Shown here: positions 52,313-60,265 of the stretch, one piece after another
How the letters are laid out: each line of letters starts with the position of its first letter
Numbering within the stretch: the first letter of the stretch is position 1
Origin: Dehalococcoidia bacterium
GTDB taxonomy: Bacteria; Chloroflexota; Dehalococcoidia; DSTF01; JACRBR01
Reading direction: 5' to 3'
DNA: 62,992 nucleotides
NCBI GenBank assembly: GCA_038211505.1
Contig: JBBQVO010000001.1
Coordinates: 1 to 62,992, forward strand
Made by a program: the position numbers and the translations under genes
The notes under the pieces: generated by a model
Told to the model about the DNA's origin: nothing
The model's input: only the letters and a program-made list of their open reading frames with translations
Database searches by the model: none

Positions 52313-52599
52313 ACAACCACGCGTCCTACCCTCGGATCCGATCGAGACAGGAACGCCGTGATGATGAACCCATCGAAGGCGTCCGTCTCCCGATATGCTA
52401 CAACAATCCAAAATCGCCCGGAGCGACCGCACGCGAGCAATTCACCGTCCACGCCTTCGAGGACCATACTTGGAGCGCCGATAGTCTGCACCACCGTCGC
52501 TCGTTGCGGCCGAAGTGCCTCGTGGCGTTCGACGATGTGCTGCCACCGTTCGTCGGTGAGCCGAATGTTCACGCCGGCGACCGACGTTGCAGATTCCAT
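52297..52599 (-). CDS. Small toxin-like protein (DUF4258/RelE-fold-like), partner of the DUF2283 protein
   Basis: 100 aa: 'IRLTDERWQHIVERHEAL...FWIVVAYRETDAFDGFIITAFLS'. It overlaps the downstream gene by 16 nt. The family assignment is from memory only. Confidence 0.5.
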   Translation of the reverse strand: MESATSVAGVNIRLTDERWQHIVERHEALRPQRATVVQTIGAPSMVLEGVDGELLACGRSGRFWIVVAYRETDAFDGFIITAFLSRSDPRVGRVVVWPST

Positions 52600-52671
52600 A
52601 TCGGATAGCTCTTGACGGCGAAACGGTGCGGAGCACCAGCCCCGCCGCGACGATTGACTTGGGCCGCTCCG

Positions 52672-53568
52672 TTACACCGCGGCCGGCTCGCTGAGCTTCG
52701 CAAGCAGCTTCTTCGTGGATACGACGTGGTGGTCCATGCGCATCTCTTTCGGCGGGACGCCAATGGCGAGGCCGATCATCTGCGGCAGGTGAATGATGGG
52801 GAGGTCGAGGTCGAACTGCGTCACCTGCTTCGCCGCCGGCTGCTGCGCGTCGAGGTTCAGGTGGCAGAGCGGGCAGGGTGAGACGAGCGCGTCGGCGCCG
52901 AGATCCTGCGCTTCGTGAATGTGGTTGCCGGCCTGCTTGAGCGAGTTCTCGCGGTTGATCGTCAACAACGGGAAGCCGCAGCATTTCTTCGAGCCCTCGT
53001 AGTCGACGACGGTGCCGCCGACTGCCTCGATCACCATCTCGAGATACTTGTCGCGATCGGGGTGCTCGGACTTGCCGAGGATCTCGCTCGGGCGGAGGAT
53101 GTAGCAGCCGTAGAACGGGCCGATGCGCAGGCCAGAAAGCGGCCGCGTAACCATCTTCTTCAGGCGGTCGAGGCCGAAGTCTTCGACGAGGATCCAGAGG
53201 AAGTTCTTGATCTCGAGGCCCGGCGTGTAGTGCAGTCCTTCGTCGCTGAGGATCGCGTTGATCTTCGCGAGATACTCCGGGTTCTTCGTCAGCTTGTCCT
53301 GCACCATGCTCTCGATGCCCTGGCAGGTCGAGCAGATGTTCATCAGCGGCAGGCCGAGCTGCTGCGCGAGCGCGAACGTGCGCGCGTTGAGCGCGTCGGC
53401 CATCTCCGGGTTCTGTTCCTGGATGACGCCGGCGCCCGTGCACGTCGCCTGATCGAGCTCGACGAGTTCGATGCCAAGCTCTTTCGCCACGCGGTTCGTC
53501 GCCAGATACAGCTCAGGCGCGGCGCCCTTCGATACGCAGCCGGGCCAGAACGCATATTTGAGTGCCAT
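52672..53568 (-). CDS. HdrB/GlpC-like CCG-domain subunit of succinate dehydrogenase/fumarate reductase (type E 'SdhE/MfrE'-like)
   Basis: 298 aa from the ATG at 53568, overlapping the sdhB stop as ATGA. Two Cys-rich CCG modules are present: 'WPGCVS..CTGAG..CSTCQG' and 'FYGCY..KCCGFP..PCPLCHLN'. Confidence 0.8.
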   Translation of the reverse strand: MALKYAFWPGCVSKGAAPELYLATNRVAKELGIELVELDQATCTGAGVIQEQNPEMADALNARTFALAQQLGLPLMNICSTCQGIESMVQDKLTKNPEYLAKINAILSDEGLHYTPGLEIKNFLWILVEDFGLDRLKKMVTRPLSGLRIGPFYGCYILRPSEILGKSEHPDRDKYLEMVIEAVGGTVVDYEGSKKCCGFPLLTINRENSLKQAGNHIHEAQDLGADALVSPCPLCHLNLDAQQPAAKQVTQFDLDLPIIHLPQMIGLAIGVPPKEMRMDHHVVSTKKLLAKLSEPAAV

Positions 53569-54569
53569 CAGTCCTCCACCTTCGCGATCTTCGGCTTCAA
53601 CGATGCGGACTTCCGGATCACGTTGCGCACCCGGTCCATCCCCTTCATCTTGTGCGACCCGGGCACGCCCGGCGGCACCATCTGCGCCACGGGCAGCTTG
53701 CCGGCACGCAGCATCTTCAGCGCGCCCGGCATCTCCTTCATCAACCGCGGCACATTGAACATGCCGACGGAGCCAGGCAGCATCCACACTTCGTTGAGGC
53801 GGCCACCATCCTCGATCGACTTCGTGAAAATGTTCGTGTGGCGCGAGCCGGCGTTGTTCTTGATGCCGGCTTCGATCGCCATCTCCCGCAGCTGCAGGAT
53901 GCGATTCATCGGGGCGACGCCCTTCGGGCACACCTCGACGCACATGTTGCAGCGCGTGCAGTCCCAGATGCCGCTGTACTCGCTGAGCTTCTCGAGACGG
54001 TCGTGCTCCTGGCCATCGCGCGGGTCGGCGGCGAAGCGGTACGCCTTGGCGAGGGCCGCCGGCGCGATGAAGTTCTTGTCGACTTCGAGCACCGTGCAGT
54101 CACTGACGCAGGCGCCGCACATGATGCAGTTCATCGTGTGCGTGAGGTCGATCATCGCCTCGTTCGTGACGCGATACTCGCGCTCCGGCACGGGGCCGAC
54201 GGGCTGCAGGTACGGGTCGACCTGCCGCATCTTCGACCAGAACGACTCCATGTCGTTCACCAGATCCTTGATCACCGGCATGTTGCCCATCGGCTCGACG
54301 ACGAGCTCGACGTTCTCATCGCCGCGCGTGATCGCGATCACCTTTGCGCGACAGGCCAAGCGCGCGCGTCCGTTGACGCGCATCGAGCAGGAACCACAGA
54401 TGGCGCTGCGGCACGAGCAGCGCAGCGACAGCGTGCCGTCTTCGTACTCGCGCACCTGGATCAGCGCATCGAGCAGCGTGACGTTATCGGCGGCCTCGAT
54501 CTCGTACTTGCTGTACGACGTCGCGCCGGTCTCGCCGTCTGTGCGCTTGACCTTGAGCTTGACCTTCAT
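53568..54569 (-). CDS. sdhB: Succinate dehydrogenase/fumarate reductase iron-sulfur subunit
   Basis: [2Fe-2S] 'CRSAICGSCSMRVNGRARLAC', [4Fe-4S] 'CIMCGACVSDC' and [3Fe-4S] 'CTRCNMCVEVCP'. Confidence 0.93.
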   Translation of the reverse strand: MKVKLKVKRTDGETGATSYSKYEIEAADNVTLLDALIQVREYEDGTLSLRCSCRSAICGSCSMRVNGRARLACRAKVIAITRGDENVELVVEPMGNMPVIKDLVNDMESFWSKMRQVDPYLQPVGPVPEREYRVTNEAMIDLTHTMNCIMCGACVSDCTVLEVDKNFIAPAALAKAYRFAADPRDGQEHDRLEKLSEYSGIWDCTRCNMCVEVCPKGVAPMNRILQLREMAIEAGIKNNAGSRHTNIFTKSIEDGGRLNEVWMLPGSVGMFNVPRLMKEMPGALKMLRAGKLPVAQMVPPGVPGSHKMKGMDRVRNVIRKSASLKPKIAKVED

Positions 54570-54623
54570 GCGATTGCTCCAGATTCGCGAACCGACGCGG
54601 GCTGGAAAGCCCGCGCTCCGTTG

Positions 54624-56324
54624 TTAGTATTTCCGTTCTTGCGGCTGCCACTCTGTGATCGTCACCGGAATGTAGCTCATCTTCTCACTGCCGTCGGTCT
54701 GTTTCGTGAGCACGATGTGCTTCAGCCAGTTCTCGTCGTCGCGGTTCGGGAAGTCGAGGCGCGTGTGCGCGCCGCGGCTCTCCTTGCGCTCGATCGCGCT
54801 CTTCACGATCATCTCGGCGCAATCGATCATATAGCCGAGCTCGATGTGGAAGAGCAGGTCGGTGTTGAACACCTTGCCCTTGTCCTCGACGCCGACCTTC
54901 TCATAGCGCGCCCGAATCTCCTTGAGAATGCCGAGCTGCTTCTCCATCTTCTCGGGCGACCGGAACAGGCCGACGTTCTCGCTCATCGAGACGCCCATGT
55001 CTTTGCGGATCCGGGCGACGCGATCGCCGTTCATCGGGCGGTCGAGAACGCCCTGCAGCATCGCGCGATCGTTGTTGACCACGCTCTCGTGGATCGGCCG
55101 GAATGTCTGGCTCTTGATCCACGGCACCGCGTGCTCGGCGGCGCGGCGGCCGAAGACGAGCGTATCGAGCAGCGAGTTCGCGCCGACGCGGTTGGCGCCG
55201 TGGACGCTGACGCAGGCTGCTTCGCCAGCTGAATAGAGGCCCGGCAGCGGTGTCGCTCCGTCGACGTCGGTCTTGACGCCACCCATGATGTAGTGCACGC
55301 CGGGTAAGATCGGCAGCAGTTCCTTCGTGATGTCGATGTTCACGAGGTCGCGGGCGATCTCGTAGATCTCCTCGAGTCGCTCCTTGATCAGCGCCTCGCC
55401 GAGATGCCGCATGTCGAGGAAGACGCAGCCATCGACGCCCCGTCCTTCGTCGAGCTCCATCTGCTCGGCGCGAGAGACGACGTCGCGCGACGCCAGCTCC
55501 ATCATGCTTGGCGCATACTTCGTCATGAAGCGATCGCCGTCCTTGTTGAGGAGATACGCACCCTCTCCGCGCGCGCCTTCCGTGATCAGCACGCCGGTGC
55601 CCTTGAGCGTCGTCGGATGGATCTGCACCATCTCCATGTCCATGATCGGCGCGCCCGCGCGGTAGGACTGCGCGATACCGTCGCCCGTGCAGATGAGCGC
55701 GTTCGTCGACGGCTCGTAGACGCGGCCGAGGCCGCCGGTGCAAACGATCGTCGCCTTCGCCGTGATCGCGTGCAGCTCGCCCGTGCGGATGTTCATCGCG
55801 ACGGCTCCGCGGCACTGACCTTCGTCGACGATCAGGCTCGTGACGAACCACTCTTCGTAGTTGCGCAGCGCCTGATAGACGGCCGGCTTCATCAGCTGCT
55901 CATACAGGACATGAAGGATCGCCTGGCCCGTGATGGCGCCGACGAAGAAGGTCCGGGCCTTGCCCATGCCGCCGAAGCGGCGCACCGCCATATGGCCATC
56001 GGGCTTGCGGCTGAAGACGACGCCCCAGTGCTCGGCCTGGAGCACCTCGCGTCCGCCCTCCTGAGCGAGCACCGTGATCGCGTCCTGATCGCCGAGGTAG
56101 TCGGAAGCCTTCGTCGTCTCGTAGGCGTGCTCTTCCCACGGGCCGCCGTCCTCGCCCACGCCGGGGCCGTTGATGCCGCCCTGCGCGGCATTGGAGTGCG
56201 AGCGGACGGGGTGCACTTTCGAGATCATCGCGACGTCGGCGCCCTGCTGCTGCGCCGAGATGGCGGCGCGCATGCCAGCGAGGCCGCCGCCGATGACGAG
56301 AATGTCGTGTTCGTAAACGGCCAT
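54624..56324 (-). CDS. sdhA: Succinate dehydrogenase/fumarate reductase flavoprotein subunit
   Basis: 'DILVIGGGLAGMRAA', the covalent-FAD His region 'RSHSNAAQGGING', plus 'HPTT' and 'ESRGAHTR'. Confidence 0.96.
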   Translation of the reverse strand: MAVYEHDILVIGGGLAGMRAAISAQQQGADVAMISKVHPVRSHSNAAQGGINGPGVGEDGGPWEEHAYETTKASDYLGDQDAITVLAQEGGREVLQAEHWGVVFSRKPDGHMAVRRFGGMGKARTFFVGAITGQAILHVLYEQLMKPAVYQALRNYEEWFVTSLIVDEGQCRGAVAMNIRTGELHAITAKATIVCTGGLGRVYEPSTNALICTGDGIAQSYRAGAPIMDMEMVQIHPTTLKGTGVLITEGARGEGAYLLNKDGDRFMTKYAPSMMELASRDVVSRAEQMELDEGRGVDGCVFLDMRHLGEALIKERLEEIYEIARDLVNIDITKELLPILPGVHYIMGGVKTDVDGATPLPGLYSAGEAACVSVHGANRVGANSLLDTLVFGRRAAEHAVPWIKSQTFRPIHESVVNNDRAMLQGVLDRPMNGDRVARIRKDMGVSMSENVGLFRSPEKMEKQLGILKEIRARYEKVGVEDKGKVFNTDLLFHIELGYMIDCAEMIVKSAIERKESRGAHTRLDFPNRDDENWLKHIVLTKQTDGSEKMSYIPVTITEWQPQERKY

Positions 56325-56592
56325 GCTCGTCTACACCTTACCTTTCGCGTACGCGTCGATCGCGGGTTGACGGGAGGCGCCGGCGGTGGCCGAAACGGCG
56401 AGAGTGGCGGGTACTGCGGCTACAAAGTTCGACGGAATCGAAGCTAAGAGCCGCAGCAATCGGGGAGTACACGATGGGTCGATCATCGGCCCTCCAGAGG
56501 CGTGTGAAGGCTATCACGGAGTTTGGCTACGTTCAAACGTGGCGGAAGTAAGGTGTAGATCTGTTATCCTTGCGTTGATATGGAGGTAAGGA

Positions 56593-56874
56593 ATGAACGT
56601 GGCGTCCGCCAAAATCACATCCAAAGGCCAGATTACGATTCCTGCGGAGATCCGGAAGGCCCTCGCGATGGAACCCGGCGATCGCTTGAGTTTTGTCGTC
56701 GACGGCGATGCCGTGCGGGTTGAACGACAGCAAAGCTGGGTGGAAAGAACTGCGGGAATCTTGCGGAGTACCGAGCCTCGGCCTCCCCTGACTGAGCGCG
56801 AGATGAAGCAACTCAAAGAGACCGCTTGGGCGGATGAAGCGGTCGAGCGGGATGCACGCTCACAGCGCCGCTGA
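56593..56874 (+). CDS. vapB: AbrB/MazE/SpoVT-type antitoxin
   Basis: 93 aa: 'KITSKGQITIPAEIRKALAMEPGDRLSFVVDGDAVRV'. GGAGG lies upstream, and the stop overlaps the vapC start. Confidence 0.85.
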   Translation: MNVASAKITSKGQITIPAEIRKALAMEPGDRLSFVVDGDAVRVERQQSWVERTAGILRSTEPRPPLTEREMKQLKETAWADEAVERDARSQRR

Positions 56875-57275
56875 TGCCGTTCCTCGATACGAACATCTTG
56901 TTGCGTCACTTCCTCGGCGACGACGACGACAGATCGCCGCGATCGACCGCTTATCTGCGGCGGGTCGAAGCCGGCGACGAGCGAGTACGGCTGTCGGATC
57001 CCGCGATCTTCGAGGTCGTGTTCACGTTACAGCGCCGGGAGCATCTTTCGCGCTCCGAGATCCGCGTGATGCTGCTCGACCTCGTCAATTCCGAGGGGGT
57101 AATCGTGTCCGGGAAGGCGAGATGGCGGGAGATGCTGGATCTCTACGCTTCTACGAATTTGTCGTTGCCCGACGCATATCACGTCGTAACAATGCAGGCC
57201 ACGGGCGACACCGAAATCATCTCATTCGACACGGACTTCGATCGCGTGCCGGGCATTACGCGGCGGGAGCCGTAA
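56874..57275 (+). CDS. vapC: PIN-domain ribonuclease toxin
   Basis: 133 aa: 'MPFLDTNILLRHFLGDD', 'IFEVVFTL', 'LPDAYHVV' and 'IISFDTDFDRV'. The conserved acidic residues are in place. Confidence 0.85.
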   Translation: MPFLDTNILLRHFLGDDDDRSPRSTAYLRRVEAGDERVRLSDPAIFEVVFTLQRREHLSRSEIRVMLLDLVNSEGVIVSGKARWREMLDLYASTNLSLPDAYHVVTMQATGDTEIISFDTDFDRVPGITRREP

Positions 57276-57296
57276 TTACCGCAAAGGGGCGATCGC

Positions 57297-58202
57297 ATGA
57301 AAATCGGATTGCAGGTGCCGTATTTCTCCTGGACGGGCGGCGCGGAGTCGCTCGGTGCGAAGTTTGGCGACGTCGCCGAGCGCGCGGAAGCGTGCGGGTT
57401 CGCCAGCCTCTGGGTGATGGATCACTTCTTCCAGATACCCGGCGTCGGGCGGCCGGAGCAGGAGATGCTCGAGGGCTACACGGCGCTTGCGTTCGCGGCG
57501 GCGCGGACGAAGACGATCAAGCTTGGCACCATGGTGACGGGCGTGACGTACCGGCACCCGGGCATCCTCGTGAAGACGGCGACGACGCTCGACGTGCTGT
57601 CCGGCGGCCGCGCGTATTTCGGCGTCGGCGCGGCGTGGTTCGAGCAGGAGCATCTCGGCCTCGGCGTTGCGTTTCCGCCGCTGAAGGAGCGCTTCGAGCG
57701 ACTCGAAGAGACGCTGCGGATCGCACACCAGATGTGGAGCGACGACAACGGCCCGTACGATGGCAAGCACTATCATCTCGCCGAGACGCTCTGCGTGCCG
57801 CAGCCGGTCTCGCAGCCGCACCCGCCGATCCTGATCGGCGGCCGCGGCGAGAAGAAGACGCTGCGGTTCATCGCCAAGTACGCCGACGCCTGGAACATGG
57901 GCGGCGCGTTCGACGATAGCGGCGTCGAGGACTTTCGCCGGCTCTCGGCGATCCTGCGCGAGCATTGCGATCGCGAGGGCCGGCCGTACAACGCGATCGA
58001 GAAGACGACGCTCGGCACGCTGATGATCCGCGCCGATGGCGACGGCACCCGCTGGAAGTCGCCCGAACAAGCGCTTGAGACGCTACGCAAGTTCCGCGAC
58101 GCCGGCGTCGATCAAGCGATCTTCAACATGCCGTTCGTCGACGATCCGAAGACGCTGGAGTTGATCGCCGAGAAGGTCATCGTCCCGGCCACGCAATGGT
58201 AG
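57297..58202 (+). CDS. LLM-class F420-dependent oxidoreductase
   Basis: 'MKIGLQVPYFSW..FASLWVMDHFFQIP..EGYTALAFAAARTKTIKLGTMVTGVTYRHPG..LDVLSGGRAYFGVGAAW'. Confidence 0.85.
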   Translation: MKIGLQVPYFSWTGGAESLGAKFGDVAERAEACGFASLWVMDHFFQIPGVGRPEQEMLEGYTALAFAAARTKTIKLGTMVTGVTYRHPGILVKTATTLDVLSGGRAYFGVGAAWFEQEHLGLGVAFPPLKERFERLEETLRIAHQMWSDDNGPYDGKHYHLAETLCVPQPVSQPHPPILIGGRGEKKTLRFIAKYADAWNMGGAFDDSGVEDFRRLSAILREHCDREGRPYNAIEKTTLGTLMIRADGDGTRWKSPEQALETLRKFRDAGVDQAIFNMPFVDDPKTLELIAEKVIVPATQW

Positions 58203-58203
58203 G

Positions 58204-58221
58204 GGAGTCGCATCCGACTCC
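58204..58221. terminator. Hairpin 1 nt after the stop codon
   Basis: GGAGTCG-catc-CGACTCC. No U-tract. Confidence 0.3.
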
Positions 58222-58384
58222 AAGACTCGCCTGGCATCGATGACACCTCGGCTGCGGTCGGCTTCTCAGCGTCGGCCGTCCAGCATCTCGCCCCGGCGTG
58301 ACTTCCTGGCTCTTTGGCGTGGTGGCCGTTGGCGCGCGGCGGTAGCATGGTTGAACGGCATTCGGTTGTGTCCGGAGGTGATGG

Positions 58385-59911
58385 ATGCGCGCGAAGAAGA
58401 CCGATCCGGAACTGCCGATCGTCTTACCGTTTACGCCGGGCCAGGCGAGCAACGGCGAATTCGTACCGGCGGCGCGTACGCCCGAGAACCTGCGCGCGGA
58501 AGCGCTGGCGTACGAGATGGCGGCTGACATCGCGTGGCGGCAGGGCGTCGATCGGCGGCGCTTTCTGCAGGGGATGGGCGGCATCGCCGTCACGCTGGCG
58601 GCGATCAACATCGCCGGCTGCGGCAGCGACGACAAGAAGTCGCTCCCGAAGGGCGTCACCGCCGGCGCGACATACGACGTGCCCGTCGACGCAGATCCGA
58701 ACGCCGTGTGCGAGAAACTCGCCGGCGACGAGTTCATCTTCGACGTGCAGACGCATCACGTCGATCCGCAGGGGCCGTGGGTGAAAGAGAGCCCGGCGAC
58801 GGCGCAGTTCTTCCGCCAATATCTGGCGACGTGCACGACCGAGGCCGACAAGCTCGATTGCCTCAGCCGCTACTACTACGCCCACGACATCTTCCTCGAA
58901 AGCGACACGAGCATCGCCGTGTTGTCCGACACCCCGTCCGGGGACAATGATGATCCATTGAACTTCGATGAGATGAAACGCACGCGCGACATCCTCAACC
59001 ATCTCGCGCCGGCGCGAAGCGATCGCCTGCGGCTACATAGCGTCGTCGTGCCGAATCTCGCGTCCGGCGTACAGGCGCAGCTCGATCGCATGCAGGCGCG
59101 CGCCGAGGCGATGGATGTCGCGGCGTGGAAGATCTACACGCCGTGGGGTGAGAACGGGCAGGGATGGTTCCTCGACGATCCGCTGCTTGGCATCCCGGTG
59201 ATCGAGCAGGCGCGGAAGCTCGGCGTCAAGACGATCTGCGCGCACAAGGGGCTGCCGCTGTTCGGCTTCGACCGCGCGAAAGCGTCGCCGCGCGATATCG
59301 GCGTCGTCGCGAAGGCGTTTCCGGACATGAATTTCGTCGTCTATCACTCTGGCTGGTACCCGGGCACGCGCGAGGCGGAGTACGACCCGAACAACGCCGA
59401 GCTCGGAACGAACACGCTGATCAAGAGCCTGCTCGACAACGGCGTGCAGCCGAATGCCAACGTTTACGCCGAGTTGGGTTCGACCTGGCGCAACCTGATG
59501 AGCAATACGACGCAGGCCGCGCACGTGCTGGGCAAGCTGTTGAAGTATTGCGGCGAAGACAACGTGCTCTGGGGCACCGACTGCATCTGGACGGGATCGC
59601 CGCAACCGCAGATCGCCGCGTTGCGCGCCTTCAAGATGGATCCGCAGTTCGCGCAGCAGTACGGCTACCCGATGATCACGGACGACATCAAGCGCAAGAT
59701 CTTCGGGCTGAACGCCGCCAAACTCTACGGCGTCGATCCGGTGACGGCGCAATGCAAGATCGAACGCGATGAAGTCGACAAGCTGCGGATGGCGTGGAGC
59801 GATCTCGACGGCGCCTCGCACGAGAATGCGTACGTCTCGCGCGGGCCGACGGATCGGGCGGGCATGCTACGCCACTTCGCCGAGAACGGCGGCCGCTGGC
59901 AGCTGGGGTAG
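58385..59911 (+). CDS. Amidohydrolase-2 family protein with a Tat signal and lipobox
   Basis: 508 aa with GGAGGT 5 nt before the ATG. The twin-arginine motif 'DRRRFLQGMGGIAVTLAAINIAGCGS' appears only at residue ~55. The catalytic region is 'CAHKGLP...VVYHSGW'. An alternative start is the ATG at 58517. Confidence 0.7.
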   Translation: MRAKKTDPELPIVLPFTPGQASNGEFVPAARTPENLRAEALAYEMAADIAWRQGVDRRRFLQGMGGIAVTLAAINIAGCGSDDKKSLPKGVTAGATYDVPVDADPNAVCEKLAGDEFIFDVQTHHVDPQGPWVKESPATAQFFRQYLATCTTEADKLDCLSRYYYAHDIFLESDTSIAVLSDTPSGDNDDPLNFDEMKRTRDILNHLAPARSDRLRLHSVVVPNLASGVQAQLDRMQARAEAMDVAAWKIYTPWGENGQGWFLDDPLLGIPVIEQARKLGVKTICAHKGLPLFGFDRAKASPRDIGVVAKAFPDMNFVVYHSGWYPGTREAEYDPNNAELGTNTLIKSLLDNGVQPNANVYAELGSTWRNLMSNTTQAAHVLGKLLKYCGEDNVLWGTDCIWTGSPQPQIAALRAFKMDPQFAQQYGYPMITDDIKRKIFGLNAAKLYGVDPVTAQCKIERDEVDKLRMAWSDLDGASHENAYVSRGPTDRAGMLRHFAENGGRWQLG

Positions 59912-60075
59912 CTCTGGAGTCTGGGGACTGGACTGGAGACGACGACAGCAAACGGTGGCATCCTTTACGGGCGGCGAGTGACATCCACGGCTACGCGATG
60001 CGCTCGGTCTCCGCCACACTAACTGCACGACCCGCACTCCCGCGCGCCAACCGTCACGCATCCGCCACGCTCGAC

Positions 60076-60225
60076 AAGAACCGAAAAGTGCCGAACAAAC
60101 CTCCGACGTCGACGAATAACGATGAAACTGCCAAACAAACCTCAGGCTCGACTAGAACGGAAAACTGCCAAACGAACCTCCGGGGTCGACGTCAAAGATG
60201 AAAAACTGCCAAACAAACCATCTGA
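60076..60225 (+). repeat. Four tandem units with a ~40-bp period and core GAAAACTGCCAAACRAACCTC
   Basis: The TGCC cores are at 60089, 60129, 60166 and 60207, giving spacings of 40, 37 and 41 bp. The same core occurs twice, 40 bp apart, at 6020..6090. Confidence 0.8.
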
Positions 60226-60265
60226 GCGTCAGCTTCCTCAACGCGCTCGTTGACATAACAGTCAC

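Noticed and set aside
60076-60225. Possible CRISPR array (regularly spaced repeats)
   Set aside because: The conserved boxes are only ~21 bp with ~19-bp spacers, there are only 4 units, the repeats are imperfect, and there are no cas genes. The same box pair also occurs at 6020..6090. I report this as a periodic repeat array instead.
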